Virus record (IMG/VR): IMGVR_UViG_3300045988_006050
Strand: one strand, 5' to 3'
DNA length: 39,849 bases
From: a virus
Within the stretch, counting starts at the first letter, position 1, and the number at the start of each line of letters is the position of its first letter. Of this stretch, positions 7,358-15,240 are shown one piece after another. The notes under the pieces are model-generated. The model made no database searches and was not told the origin of the DNA. It worked only from the letters and a program-made list of their open reading frames with translations. The position numbers were made by a program, and so were the translations under genes.

Positions 7358-7622
7358 GAAGGTCAAGAAAGCCGTCTGGGCGCGCGACGGCGGGCGCTGC
7401 ATTGTCTGCCTCCGCCCCGGCAATCCGTGGTGCCACTTCATCCCACGGTCGCAGGGCGGGCTTGGAATCGAGCAGAACATTGTGACGCTATGCGATAAGT
7501 GCCACAACGACTTTGACCAGACGGAAAAGAGAAAACATATGCAGGCGTATATCAGGTGGTATCTCAAGATGAAATATCCCGATTGGGATGAAGCAGAATT
7601 GGTTTATAAGAAAGGGATGTAA
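7323..7622 (+). CDS. HNH endonuclease
   Basis: GGAGG SD. CIVC...WCHFIPRSQGG...NIVTLCDKCHNDFD. Confidence 0.85.
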   Translation: MRKETKATKIPEKVKKAVWARDGGRCIVCLRPGNPWCHFIPRSQGGLGIEQNIVTLCDKCHNDFDQTEKRKHMQAYIRWYLKMKYPDWDEAELVYKKGM

Positions 7623-7624
7623 GC

Positions 7625-7792
7625 ATGGAAGAACGCAAACCGTTTGTTTATCTGGATGCAGTTCAGTACAAGGAAATGGTGGAAAGAAATATGAAGCTTT
7701 CGATGCTTGAAAGAGCGTACAAGGAACTGAAATCGTATGAGATTGACGTTATCCTGAAAACCATCTTCGGGGAGAAGGAGGAAGCATGCTGA
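7625..7792 (+). CDS. Small hypothetical protein (55 aa)
   Basis: Fills the gap between the HNH and ssb genes. Overlaps the ssb start. Below the ORF-track cutoff. Confidence 0.45.
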   Translation: MEERKPFVYLDAVQYKEMVERNMKLSMLERAYKELKSYEIDVILKTIFGEKEEAC

Positions 7793-8187
7793 ACCACATT
7801 GTTATTATGGGGCGGCTCACGCGCGACCCGGAACTGAGAAAGACGCAGAGCGGAACGTCCGTTGCATCCTTCACGCTGGCGGTTGACCGCGACCTCACGC
7901 CGGAGGGCGGAGAGAAAGAGACGGACTTTATCGACTGCGTCGCCTGGAAGGGAACAGCTGATTTTGTCAGCGGATACTTCTTCAAGGGCAGTATGGCGGT
8001 CGTGGACGGTAGATTGCAGCTGCGCGACTGGAAGGACAAGGACGGGAACAAGCGCCGGTCTGCCGAGGTCGTAGCAAACCGTGTTTACTTCGGCGAAGGA
8101 AAGAAATCTTCGGAGCCGAAGGACCCGGCAAACCCCGGCGGGTTTACGATGATGGACGAAGATGACGGCGATCAGCCGCCGTTCTAA
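7786..8187 (+). CDS. ssb: Single-stranded DNA-binding protein
   Basis: MLNHIVIMGRLTRDPELRKT OB-fold start and an acidic tail ending DDGDQPPF. Confidence 0.95.
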   Translation: MLNHIVIMGRLTRDPELRKTQSGTSVASFTLAVDRDLTPEGGEKETDFIDCVAWKGTADFVSGYFFKGSMAVVDGRLQLRDWKDKDGNKRRSAEVVANRVYFGEGKKSSEPKDPANPGGFTMMDEDDGDQPPF

Positions 8188-8199
8188 GGCGGTGGCGGG

Positions 8200-8916
8200 A
8201 TGGCAAACAACAAAGACCCTGCCGTCTTGTTTTACACATCGGATTTCCTATCCGGCTGTGCCTTGATGGATATGCGGGAGCGTGGGCAGTATATCACGCT
8301 CCTGTGCCTCCAAAGAGAGCGCGGGCATATGACGATGCAGGAAATCATACGGGCTGTCAAAAAGCCGTCAGACGAGGTTATGAGCAAGTTTCAGAAGGAT
8401 GAGGACGGCAAGTACTTTAATCGCCGGATGGAGCTTGAAATCGAAAAACGGGACAAACATTGCCAGCGTCAAAGGGAGAACATCAGCAAGCGTTGGAACA
8501 AAGAAAATGATAACTCTGGTATGGCTGATGGTAGTGCTTGCGGTAATACCACGGTATTACCTATAGGAAATGGAAATGGAAATAGAAAAGAGAGTAGTTC
8601 TATTTCTGAGAAGAAACGTAAGAAATTTATACCACCTACGTTGGAAGAGGTTTCCGCATACGCGAAGGAGCGTGGAGTCCAGAATCTGGCACAGAAATTT
8701 TTCGACTATTATTCTGCCGGAAACTGGGTCGACGGGAAGGGTGACCCCGTACGGAACTGGAAACAGAAGTTTTTGACGTGGGAATCGAAAGAACGTGAGA
8801 AGGGCGCGCCGTCACAGCCGGGGAAGAAGCCGGGCTACAACGTGCAGCATCACGGGGACGAGCTGTCCGATGTGCAGCGGGCGGCGATTCAGCGGATGTT
8901 GGGGGAGGAAGCATGA
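8200..8916 (+). CDS. Replisome organizer / replication initiator (N-terminal DUF1376, C-terminal DnaD-like phage domain)
   Basis: PAVLFYTSDFLSGCALMDMRERGQYITLLCLQ (DUF1376-like) and IPPTLEEVSAYAKERG...FFDYYSAGNWVDGKG.PVRNWKQK (phage DnaD/replisome-organizer C-terminus). Confidence 0.75.
   Translation: MANNKDPAVLFYTSDFLSGCALMDMRERGQYITLLCLQRERGHMTMQEIIRAVKKPSDEVMSKFQKDEDGKYFNRRMELEIEKRDKHCQRQRENISKRWNKENDNSGMADGSACGNTTVLPIGNGNGNRKESSSISEKKRKKFIPPTLEEVSAYAKERGVQNLAQKFFDYYSAGNWVDGKGDPVRNWKQKFLTWESKEREKGAPSQPGKKPGYNVQHHGDELSDVQRAAIQRMLGEEA
8541..8601. repeat. Ori-like element copy B inside the replisome-organizer gene (20-bp palindrome + 3x GGAAAT iterons)
   Basis: ggtaatacc-ac-ggtattacc, then ggaaatggaaatggaaatagaaaa. 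Encodes the GNTTVLPIGNGNGN linker. Confidence 0.6.
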
Positions 8917-9155
8917 TGAAGCAGGGAGCCGAGACTTGGATTGTCATACCGGAGCCGCTTCCCATATTCCACCGGCTCATGCCGAAACTCAGAACGCCTT
9001 TAAGGGCGCGGAAGTATCCGCAGAAGATGCAGAACAAGACGTTTTACCTCGTCAGCGTCAAGGACCCGGAGGACGGGCGGTGGAAGATTATCACCGTCCG
9101 GGAACCGGAGTGCTGGGAGGCGGAAGTGACGGTGCAGGTCAGGAGGAAGACATGA
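8913..9155 (+). CDS. Hypothetical protein
   Basis: ATGA coupling. 80-aa ORF. Confidence 0.55.
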   Translation: MMKQGAETWIVIPEPLPIFHRLMPKLRTPLRARKYPQKMQNKTFYLVSVKDPEDGRWKIITVREPECWEAEVTVQVRRKT

Positions 9156-9373
9156 TCAGGCTAAAATACGCCGGACCATGCGGCAGGGATTGCCCGCGAC
9201 GCGGACCGGGCTGTGGGGCTACCTGCGAAGCGTGGCTTGCCTATGAGGCTGAACGGAACGCGGGCTACGACAAACGCGCCAGAATCGTCGACATAAGCCA
9301 GATGACCGATGGCGGGGCGAGAAACTGCCGTAGAGCGGCAAGAGGGAAACGGAAAATAGGAGGGGCGATGTGA
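9152..9373 (+). CDS. Small Cys-rich hypothetical protein
   Basis: AGGAGG SD. ATGA coupling. CGRDCPRRGPGCGATC. Confidence 0.6.
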   Translation: MIRLKYAGPCGRDCPRRGPGCGATCEAWLAYEAERNAGYDKRARIVDISQMTDGGARNCRRAARGKRKIGGAM

Positions 9374-10206
9374 TGCTGACGCATTTGAGTCTGTTCAGCG
9401 GCATCGGCGGGCTTGACCTGGCGGCGGAATGGGCGGGCTTTACGACCGTTGGGCAATGTGAATTTGCAGACTACCAGACGAAAGTGCTGGAAAAGCACTG
9501 GCCGGACGTGCCGCGCTGGCGGGACATCCGGACATTGACAAAGGAGAGTTTTTATGAGCGCACAGGATTGCGAACAGTTGACGTTATTTCCGGCGGATTC
9601 CCCTGCCAGCCCTTTTCCGTGGCTGGAAAGCAAAAGGGAAAGGAAGACGATCGTTACCTCTGGCCGGAGATGCTCCGAGTTATCCGAGAGCTGCGCCCGC
9701 GCTGCGTTGTCGGTGAGAACGTACCTGGAATCATCAAGATTGCCGCCGGGAAAGTGGTCAAGGATTTGGAGCGTGCAGGCTATCACGTCGTCGTGTTTAA
9801 TTTTGAAGCTGCGGCTGTCGGAGCTTGGCACAGGCGGTCAAGGGTGTTCTTCGCCGGAATCGACGAAACTGTTTCCGACACCGAAAGCAAGCGACAGCAA
9901 AGGGAGCGGACCCGCGGGGAGCAAATCGGCGGAACACGATCTTGTGCGTGGAAATCTGCGCGGTGTGGTTTTGTATGCGACACCATGTGCCAGGGACTAC
10001 AGGACTGGACAGCGGGAACGATACGAAAACCCAGAGCGGATGAATGCCCTGAACGATCAGATTGGTGGGCAACTGAACCCGACGTGGACAGAGTGGCTCA
10101 TGGGATTCCCAATCGGGTGGACAGAATTAAATGCCTCGGAAACGCTGTAGTGCCACAGCAGGCATACCCGATTTTTAAGGCACTGAGGGAGGAAGTTTTG
10201 AGATGA
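9373..10206 (+). CDS. DNA (cytosine-5)-methyltransferase (frame A)
   Basis: Motif I LFSGIGG, IV GGFPCQPFS, VI GENVPG, VIII HRRSRVFF, X LGNAVVPQ. The stretch between VIII and X is Cys/Arg/Trp-rich and atypical. Confidence 0.85.
   Translation: MLTHLSLFSGIGGLDLAAEWAGFTTVGQCEFADYQTKVLEKHWPDVPRWRDIRTLTKESFYERTGLRTVDVISGGFPCQPFSVAGKQKGKEDDRYLWPEMLRVIRELRPRCVVGENVPGIIKIAAGKVVKDLERAGYHVVVFNFEAAAVGAWHRRSRVFFAGIDETVSDTESKRQQRERTRGEQIGGTRSCAWKSARCGFVCDTMCQGLQDWTAGTIRKPRADECPERSDWWATEPDVDRVAHGIPNRVDRIKCLGNAVVPQQAYPIFKALREEVLR
9554..10150 (+). CDS. Nested +1-frame ORF (198 codons) encoding a C5-MTase TRD/motif-IX-like sequence
   Basis: AAGGAG SD 7 nt upstream of ATG 9554. C-terminal half reads KLFPTPKASDSKGSGP...ATPCARDY...LNPTWTEWLMGFPIGWTEL. 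Confidence 0.45.
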   Translation: MSAQDCEQLTLFPADSPASPFPWLESKRERKTIVTSGRRCSELSESCARAALSVRTYLESSRLPPGKWSRIWSVQAITSSCLILKLRLSELGTGGQGCSSPESTKLFPTPKASDSKGSGPAGSKSAEHDLVRGNLRGVVLYATPCARDYRTGQRERYENPERMNALNDQIGGQLNPTWTEWLMGFPIGWTELNASETL

Positions 10207-10249
10207 AGGGTGTATACAAACTCATACTGATATCGGAGGAAGACGCGCT

Positions 10250-10717
10250 ATGACAGACAAGGAAATTATACAGGCGCTGCGTATCTGCGCGACGCATATA
10301 GAGAAGGGTTGCGGGCTTTGTCCACAAATGAAGTATGTGCGTTGCACGGAGCGGCTGGCGGATGAAGCTATCACCATGATCGAGCGCCTGACCGCCGAGA
10401 ATGTGGTGCTCCCGGATGGGCAAGCGAGCGCGATTGAATCGCTTCGAAAGGAAATCGAGTGGAAGGACATGGTGATTGCCCTCGCCCAGAAGGAGCAGGC
10501 GGAGGCAGAAGCCGAGAGGGACGCGCTGCTCGAGATTGCTAAAAATGGAAAAGATTGCGATACGTGCAAAAATTGTGCGGTATGCGTCAAGCCCGGGACA
10601 GACGTTGCGCACTGGTGCGATAGATGTGAGGAAAAATGCCGTTGTTACGGGTGCGGAGGCGACCACTGGGAATGGCGCGGATTGCCGGAAGAGCCGGAGG
10701 GAGGAGAAAAGGCATGA
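10250..10717 (+). CDS. Cys-rich hypothetical phage protein
   Basis: GGAGG SD. Coiled-coil middle region and a C-terminal CDTCKNCAVC...CDRCEEKCRCYGCGG cluster. Confidence 0.7.
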   Translation: MTDKEIIQALRICATHIEKGCGLCPQMKYVRCTERLADEAITMIERLTAENVVLPDGQASAIESLRKEIEWKDMVIALAQKEQAEAEAERDALLEIAKNGKDCDTCKNCAVCVKPGTDVAHWCDRCEEKCRCYGCGGDHWEWRGLPEEPEGGEKA

Positions 10718-10974
10718 GCAAAATCAAAAAGGTAGGATTTGGGTATACGGTGCCGAAAGAACGGTACCAGGAAGCCGCGGAGAATATCCAAAAGCTTGGC
10801 GCTATGTACGCAGAGTACCTGCAGAAGAAAAATTTCGATGGGCTTGGAGAGCAAGATGCGCAAGAGCTCATGGCCGACATCCTGCTTGCCTGCACTGCGC
10901 TGCTCTATGTCGCAGAATTTGCGGCAGATAAATGCCATATGGTGCCGCTGCCGGGAAAGGATGGAAAAGCATGA
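10714..10974 (+). CDS. Hypothetical protein
   Basis: ATGA coupling and GGAG SD. Confidence 0.6.
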   Translation: MSKIKKVGFGYTVPKERYQEAAENIQKLGAMYAEYLQKKNFDGLGEQDAQELMADILLACTALLYVAEFAADKCHMVPLPGKDGKA

Positions 10975-11252
10975 AGATTTACATCGCCGGTAAAATCACG
11001 GGCGATCAGGGGTGTCAGGCGAAATTTCAAAGGGCGGCAGTGGGGTTGCGGATGTGTGGGAACATCGTGCTGAATCCGGCGGAGCTGCCGGAGGGGATGG
11101 AGGCTGCGGACTATATGCGCATTTGTATGGCGATGATCGACGTAGCGGACTTGGTCGTTTTCCTGCCAGACGCGAAGGACAGCGCAGGCGCGCGCCTTGA
11201 GAAAGCATATTGTGAATACGTCGGGAAGGAGATGGAGAATTGGAGCGACTGA
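10971..11252 (+). CDS. DUF4406-like (nucleoside 2-deoxyribosyltransferase-like fold) protein
   Basis: MKIYIAGKITG...VLNPAE...YMRICMAMIDVADLVVFLPDAKDSAGARLE pattern. Confidence 0.6.
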   Translation: MKIYIAGKITGDQGCQAKFQRAAVGLRMCGNIVLNPAELPEGMEAADYMRICMAMIDVADLVVFLPDAKDSAGARLEKAYCEYVGKEMENWSD

Positions 11253-11710
11253 CATTTGAAGGAAACTTCTGCGACATTGCGCAGTGCCGAGACTCGGCGT
11301 GCCGGCAGGACGGCACCTGCACGCAGAGGCTGGTTTGGGAAAGGCTCAAGGCTTACGAAGATGCGGGATTATCCCCGCAGGCGTGCGCCGAGGCGCGAGA
11401 GATAGAGGAAACGCTTTCCGGCTATGATTACTCCATCTCACGAATGGTGGAGCTGATGAAAGCCGACAAGGACGGGCGCGTCCTGATTCTGCCGTGCAAG
11501 GTGGGAGATATGGCGTATTGGGTCCATAACGGGGTGATCACCGGCTGCCATGTGTACCGAATCCAGGTGAACCGAAAAGGGACGTTTGTTTTTCTGAAAA
11601 GCACGATTTCGCACGGTGGGTTCCGAACCGATGCCTGCCTCGGCAAGACCGTATTTTTGAGCCGCGTAGAAGCCGAGAAGGCTTTGCAGGAAATGGAGGC
11701 TGCAAAGTGA
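11240..11710 (+). CDS. Hypothetical phage protein
   Basis: TTG start with AAGGAG 7 nt upstream. 156-aa ORF. Confidence 0.6.
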   Translation: MERLTFEGNFCDIAQCRDSACRQDGTCTQRLVWERLKAYEDAGLSPQACAEAREIEETLSGYDYSISRMVELMKADKDGRVLILPCKVGDMAYWVHNGVITGCHVYRIQVNRKGTFVFLKSTISHGGFRTDACLGKTVFLSRVEAEKALQEMEAAK

Positions 11711-12084
11711 GTTTCAGTAAGAAAAAACGGGAAGCGGTCTATGCGAAGTATGACGGTCACTGTGCCTATTGTGGACGAGCTATCGACATCAAGGATATGC
11801 AAGTCGATCATTTCAAGCCGCAACGTGCATGGAACGCCGAAGACGCAGGGACGGACGATATTTCCAACCTTATGCCGTCATGCCGAATGTGCAACCACTA
11901 CAAGCGGGCAAATTCTCTGGAAACGTTCCGGCGCTATATCGCGGAAATTCCCAGAAAGCTCCGAGAAAACTACATCTACAAGGTGGGAGTTGCTTACGGC
12001 AACGTTGTCGAGCATGAGAAACCGATCACGTTTTACTTTGAACAGATGGAGGGCAAGAAGGATGGCAACGAAACGAGTATGTGA
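11707..12084 (+). CDS. HNH endonuclease (second copy, unrelated sequence)
   Basis: HCAYCG...VDHFKP...NLMPSCRMCNHYK. GTGA coupling. Confidence 0.85.
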   Translation: MSFSKKKREAVYAKYDGHCAYCGRAIDIKDMQVDHFKPQRAWNAEDAGTDDISNLMPSCRMCNHYKRANSLETFRRYIAEIPRKLRENYIYKVGVAYGNVVEHEKPITFYFEQMEGKKDGNETSM

Positions 12085-12247
12085 CCGCTGCGGGGCGGAG
12101 ATAAACCCCACAAGCTCTGCGACGTATGTAAACGTACGAAGCGCGTTCCATGAAGAATCACCTGATATTGAGCTTTGCTGTTCGTGCGCGATGCAAATCA
12201 AAGAATGGCTTAAGTCGCGTGTAGAGGAGGGCAAGAAGGATGGCTGA
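12062..12247 (+). CDS. Small zinc-ribbon protein (61 aa)
   Basis: GGAGGG SD. CDRCG...CCSC. Confidence 0.55.
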   Translation: MATKRVCDRCGAEINPTSSATYVNVRSAFHEESPDIELCCSCAMQIKEWLKSRVEEGKKDG

Positions 12248-12503
12248 ACTGAAACCGTGCCCGTTCTGTGGCGGTGAAGTTAGTCTTGTTCCGTGCGATG
12301 ACGAAGGGAATCTACATGATGAGGCATATAGAGAACATCCATATAGTGGACTTGGCTTTATGCTTCACCATGCTCACGAGGACAACCCGGAATGCCCGAT
12401 TGCAAGCTATGAGTGCGATGGCGGGATTTTGGGTGGTGTGTATATTTACGACACGGAAGAACAAGCCGTTGAGGCATGGAACAGGAGGGTAAATGATGAC
12501 TGA
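12240..12503 (+). CDS. Lar-family restriction-alleviation protein
   Basis: LKPCPFCGG...EEQAVEAWNRR signature. Confidence 0.7.
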   Translation: MAELKPCPFCGGEVSLVPCDDEGNLHDEAYREHPYSGLGFMLHHAHEDNPECPIASYECDGGILGGVYIYDTEEQAVEAWNRRVNDD

Positions 12504-13287
12504 TTACATCAAGCGCGCGGAGGCGCTGGCACCTGAGGAAAGAACGTTAGATTTTCCAGCAAAATACACTGAAATACGCGCATTGTACCATTTTTGCGTC
12601 GATCTTGGAATCAAATGCAAGATAGAGCACCTGTACGACGGCTATGCAGTGCGTTTCCCGGAGGGAAGAATGAACACACACATTACAAACATCAAGGGAG
12701 ACTGGCAGGAGGTCGTGGACACCTGCCGTGCCACCTCCGGCAAAGGCTCTTTGGGACATGAGCCGAGCGAGGATTTTAAGCGCCGGATTTTAATTGCCGA
12801 ACACTCGCCGATTCGGCGGATCTCGGTATCGTGGGTCTGGAAAGGCATTAAGAGCTGGATTGCGACGCACTGGTCAAGGCACAAATGGGAGTGCTTTATC
12901 TCTACGCAGAGAACCGACCGGACCGGAACGCCGAGGGACAAGCTCCCGCAGGACGCGCCGGTGGTCTTCGAGGGAGAAGCGAACGTACAAGCCCTGATCG
13001 ATTCCATGCGCAAGCGGTTATGCAGCCAGGCAGACCCGGAGACGCGCGCGTATGCCGAGGATTTCAAAGCGGTGCTGCATGAGGTGCAGCCGGAGATCTC
13101 GGACGTGCTGGTGCCAAACTGCATTTACCGGTGCGGGTGCCCGGAGATGCAGACATGCGGTTTGTATGAGAGCTGGTCAAGACTTCGACCGGAGGTCATG
13201 AGTACCTGCATCCAACACCGATATGACATCTACAACAGTATGTTTTGGAAAGCGAGGGCAAAACGTGGGAACGATTCTGGCAATTGA
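12493..13287 (+). CDS. ThyX-like (flavin-dependent thymidylate synthase family) protein with an extra N-terminal ~60 aa
   Basis: EHSPIRRISVSWVWKGIKSWIATHWSRHKWECFISTQRTDR resembles the ThyX core (..SvlEh..f.f.i.giSr....ql.RHR..s.sqqS.Ry). Confidence 0.55.
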   Translation: MMTDYIKRAEALAPEERTLDFPAKYTEIRALYHFCVDLGIKCKIEHLYDGYAVRFPEGRMNTHITNIKGDWQEVVDTCRATSGKGSLGHEPSEDFKRRILIAEHSPIRRISVSWVWKGIKSWIATHWSRHKWECFISTQRTDRTGTPRDKLPQDAPVVFEGEANVQALIDSMRKRLCSQADPETRAYAEDFKAVLHEVQPEISDVLVPNCIYRCGCPEMQTCGLYESWSRLRPEVMSTCIQHRYDIYNSMFWKARAKRGNDSGN

Positions 13288-13765
13288 CCCCGGCAACATC
13301 CAATCCGGCTATGTGCTGGTGGAGCACGACGGGAAGGAAATCCGGAAGGTGCTGGACGTTGGTAAAGTTCCGAACGGGAAGATATTCCCCGTTCTCTGCC
13401 GGGAGTATCAGCACCTGGCAATCGAAATGGTTGCCGGAATGGGTATGCCGGTCGGGCAGGAAGTGTTCGACACCTGCTTTTGGATCGGGCGATTTTGGGA
13501 ATATGCCGAGCTTTTCCAGCGGTGCTACCAGATACAGAAGATCTTCCGCCGGGAAGAAAAGCTTTACTTATGTGGCAGAGCGTCGGCGAAGGATGCGAAC
13601 ATCAGACAAGCCCTCGTCGACCGCTACGCGCCCGGCCAGCCGAATTATGGGAAAGGAACAAAGAAGAACCCCGGTTTCTTTTACGGGTTCGCAGCGGATA
13701 TGTGGGCGGCGATGGCGGTGGCAGTGACGTATTTTGATAAGTACATAAGGGGGATACAGCTATGA
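13265..13765 (+). CDS. RuvC-like Holliday junction resolvase
   Basis: ILAIDPGNIQSGY, LAIEMV, ADMWAAMAVAV. GTG 13265 has a GAGGG SD; the longest ORF starts at 13223. Confidence 0.75.
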   Translation: MGTILAIDPGNIQSGYVLVEHDGKEIRKVLDVGKVPNGKIFPVLCREYQHLAIEMVAGMGMPVGQEVFDTCFWIGRFWEYAELFQRCYQIQKIFRREEKLYLCGRASAKDANIRQALVDRYAPGQPNYGKGTKKNPGFFYGFAADMWAAMAVAVTYFDKYIRGIQL

Positions 13766-14091
13766 GTGCAATGAACGATCTGGCAAAGCGTATTCGCAGA
13801 AGCAACAAGGCTTATTTTGCCGCCGGTATGGAGGCAGGAAAGCAGAAGGTGGTAGATCTTTTCTTTGTGGCGGCGCATGAACTGGGCATGCTCAAAAGCC
13901 CGGCGAAGGCAAAGGAACTTCTGGACAAAATGGAGCAGCTTGACGCAGAATACGGCGTGGCATGGCTGGGCAAGAAGGAATCCGGAGATGCAATTCACCG
14001 GCTTGACTCGAGTCTTAAGAAGCTCTGCGGTCCGTTCTTTCAGCCGTTTTTCGAACGGAACGATACAATCAAGGATTGGTGGGAAAAATGA
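13762..14091 (+). CDS. Hypothetical protein
   Basis: ATGA coupling. 109-aa helical ORF. Confidence 0.6.
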   Translation: MSAMNDLAKRIRRSNKAYFAAGMEAGKQKVVDLFFVAAHELGMLKSPAKAKELLDKMEQLDAEYGVAWLGKKESGDAIHRLDSSLKKLCGPFFQPFFERNDTIKDWWEK

Positions 14092-14501
14092 AAATTGTTT
14101 TAGATTTGTTGGCGTTCATGCCCACAAGGGCGCATGAATACGATGCGGGGTTAGACCTGTATTCGGCGAGCGACGACGTTTACATCTATCCCGGAGAAAG
14201 CGAATTGTTTGATACAGGCGTGCATGTCCAGCTGCCCAAAAACACCGTGGGATTTCTCAAGAGCAAAAGCGGTCTGAATGTCAAACACGGAATCACCAGC
14301 GAAGGGGTCATCGACGTCGGCTACACCGGAAGCATCATTGTCAAGCTATACAACCACGGAAGCAAGCCCTACAAGGTCTGTAGGGGCGATAAGATCTCGC
14401 AGCTTGTTATACTGCCCTGCATCCTGCCGGAACTGGAAGTGGTCAGCTCGCTCGAGGAGACGGAACGCGGGGACAATGGGTTCGGGAGTTCGGGCAGATG
14501 A
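14088..14501 (+). CDS. dut: dUTP diphosphatase (trimeric dUTPase)
   Basis: AGLDLYS, GVIDVGYTG, GDKISQLV, RGDNGFGSSG motifs. Confidence 0.93.
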   Translation: MKIVLDLLAFMPTRAHEYDAGLDLYSASDDVYIYPGESELFDTGVHVQLPKNTVGFLKSKSGLNVKHGITSEGVIDVGYTGSIIVKLYNHGSKPYKVCRGDKISQLVILPCILPELEVVSSLEETERGDNGFGSSGR

Positions 14502-14749
14502 TGGGGGATATTACAAAACAGGAATACTCCACTTGGCTGGAAGAATCCCTAAAAACTGTGTTAGATTTCAAGCCCTCATCGATCTGCATTGTTGCTACTG
14601 CGGAGGATGGGACAACAAAGACGGGATATTTCAATTCGACGGGGCAGGACAAAGCTATTTTTGCCGCTAACATTATGAGCGACGTTGTAATGGATATTGT
14701 CAAAATCAATGCAGAGGATATCAAGAAAATATTGGACGGAACAGAGTAA
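14498..14749 (+). CDS. Hypothetical protein
   Basis: ATGA coupling. Confidence 0.6.
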   Translation: MMGDITKQEYSTWLEESLKTVLDFKPSSICIVATAEDGTTKTGYFNSTGQDKAIFAANIMSDVVMDIVKINAEDIKKILDGTE

Positions 14750-14762
14750 GGGGGCTGATACG

Positions 14763-15077
14763 GTGAGCAAACCGCGCTATGGATGGTGGGGGTATGCGAA
14801 GTGGATGATACGAAGTTACAAAAGCGGTACGCTTATGACGCGGGATGAAATCTCTGCTGTCGAAGCTGCAATCGAGGAAACAAAACAGCTTATCGACGGG
14901 TCGGAACGCCTCCGGCTCATAGATTTGGTTCTTTGGAAGCGTACACATACCCTACAGGGCGCTGCTATGGTGGTATATGTTTCGGAGCGTACCGCTCAGG
15001 AATGGCATAGGCAGTTTATCTACTTGGTGGCAGAAAAACGTGGTTTATATTCAAAAGTTTGCGTAAGAGAGCCTTAA
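14763..15077 (+). CDS. Putative late-gene transcriptional activator (RinA/ArpU/sigma region-4-like)
   Basis: Last gene before the packaging module. C-terminal HTH-like YVSERTAQEWHRQFIYLVAEKRGL. GTG start with an AAGGGGG SD; the longest ORF starts at 14697. Confidence 0.5.
   Translation: MSKPRYGWWGYAKWMIRSYKSGTLMTRDEISAVEAAIEETKQLIDGSERLRLIDLVLWKRTHTLQGAAMVVYVSERTAQEWHRQFIYLVAEKRGLYSKVCVREP
15054..15074. repeat. Exact 21-bp repeat AAAGTTTGCGTAAGAGAGCCT, copy 1
   Basis: Identical to 21493-21513. Confidence 0.9.
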
Positions 15078-15095
15078 ACATAGTGTATCGTTGAG

Positions 15096-15132
15096 AGCGT
15101 AGAGGTGTATCCTCTGCGCTTTCATCCTTCTT
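15096..15132 (+). terminator. Candidate terminator/attenuator hairpin after the late-regulator gene
   Basis: agcgtagagg(15096-15105)/cctctgcgct(15111-15120) stem with one G-U pair, followed by ttcatccttctt. Confidence 0.35.
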
Positions 15133-15240
15133 ACGGCTACGCAGCGTACTGCGGAACCTCCTTTTTCTTAGCTCCACCGGACGCCGCAATCCGGTGGAGC
15201 GTGAAAAGGAAGATTGGAAGGGTGAATAAGGAGGGATGAA

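Noticed and set aside
8795-9151. N-terminal extension of the 9152-9373 ORF (192-aa version)
   Set aside because: It is an out-of-frame overlap of two well-supported genes. The AGGAGG SD is at the internal ATG 9152.
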